Source: a virus
IMG/VR virus record: IMGVR_UViG_3300006163_000001
Reading direction: 5' to 3' (one strand)
Length of the DNA stretch: 64,000 bases
Under the pieces are notes generated by a model. That model had not been told where the DNA came from, made no database searches, and saw only the letters and a program-made list of their open reading frames with translations. This document shows, in pieces, positions 63,528-64,000 of the stretch. The first letter of the stretch is position 1. Every line of letters starts with the position of its first letter. A program made the position numbers and the translations under genes.

Positions 63528-64000
63528 AGGCCGATCACCATCCAATTGCAGGTGGTTGTGGTCGTGTTGGTGCGGGTCAGCCACACAGTGAGGCCGCTCG
63601 ACGTCAAGTTGTTGAAGGAGACGCCGGTGACTTGCGTGCCGGGCACGCTCGTATTCGGTGCGACGAGGGCCATGAAGGTGCTGCCGGCGACGCTCAGGCC
63701 CGTCACGGCGCCCGACGTGGGCGTGTTCGCAGCGCTGGGGGTGATGTTGATGGTGCCCCACGCGAAGTTGCTCGTCGTGAAGACGCCTTGCACGTTCATG
63801 TTGCAGTTGCCGCTTGCCCCGGCGCCGCCCACCTCGCGGAAGCCGCTCACGCCCACGTTGGGTGTGCTTCCGCTGGTCGAGCCGATGTCGACCACGGCGC
63901 GCCAGTCCGTTGCCCCGATCGCCCCGGATTCGATGGTCAGGTCGCTGGAGGTGCCCTCGATCTCGTCGTAGGAGATGCTGGCAGGGACTCCAACCAGGCC
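63524..64000 (-). CDS. Ser/Thr/Gly/Asn-rich structural (tail-fibre-like) protein, 5'-truncated at window edge
   Basis: The frame stays open from 63524 to base 64000 (159 complete codons). Beta-rich, low-complexity composition. Confidence 0.6.
   Translation of the reverse strand, partial: GLVGVPASISYDEIEGTSSDLTIESGAIGATDWRAVVDIGSTSGSTPNVGVSGFREVGGAGASGNCNMNVQGVFTTSNFAWGTINITPSAANTPTSGAVTGLSVAGSTFMALVAPNTSVPGTQVTGVSFNNLTSSGLTVWLTRTNTTTTTCNWMVIGL

Overview
Very GC-rich, Streptomyces-type (strong GC3 codon bias) temperate-phage-like genome segment. Most genes are tightly packed and joined by 1-nt or 4-nt overlaps (TGATG, ATGA, GTGA). All protein family calls are motif-level readings by eye; no searches were run.

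Layout:
- 1-1.3 kb: plus-strand genes ending in a DpdA/TGT-like transglycosylase.
- 1.3-13.5 kb: leftward operon of small genes with an FtsK/TraB-like translocase, a DUF2637-like protein and several small membrane proteins.
- 13.6-20.3 kb: plus-strand cargo island. It carries HTH-pseudoNudix, Nudix, a truncated class-I aaRS-like gene, ASCH and two wHTH genes. An IS1380-family element with a CTAA target duplication is inserted here.
- 20.3-43.3 kb: long leftward early/replication operon. It encodes LuxR-HTH, HIT, two tandem C5-MTases, DnaB, a DnaC-like loader, a replisome organiser with internal iterons, an N6/N4-MTase, a RecB/Cas4-like exonuclease, and a DnaN-like paralog next to DnaN.
- 43.3-46.2 kb: lysogeny module (Xis-like, divergent Cro-like/CI-like switch, tyrosine integrase), followed by about 0.77 kb of repeat-rich non-coding attP-like DNA.
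- 46.9-56.1 kb: mosaic of small regulators (XRE, GntR, RHH, ImmA-like, LexA-N-like), a second tyrosine recombinase and DUF262.
- 56.2-58.3 kb: Ro60 (TROVE-vWA) gene plus three tandem Y-RNA-like modules, two of which carry circularly permuted tRNA-like domains.
- 58.5-64 kb: leftward HNH, collagen-like membrane protein, holin-like protein, HAD-like protein, endolysin, DUF2829, papain-like peptidase and a partial tail-fibre-like gene.

No rRNA, canonical tRNA or CRISPR array was seen. The best candidate for an undescribed system is the 14.1-17.1 kb cargo cassette. The second is the Ro / permuted-tRNA-like RNA array.
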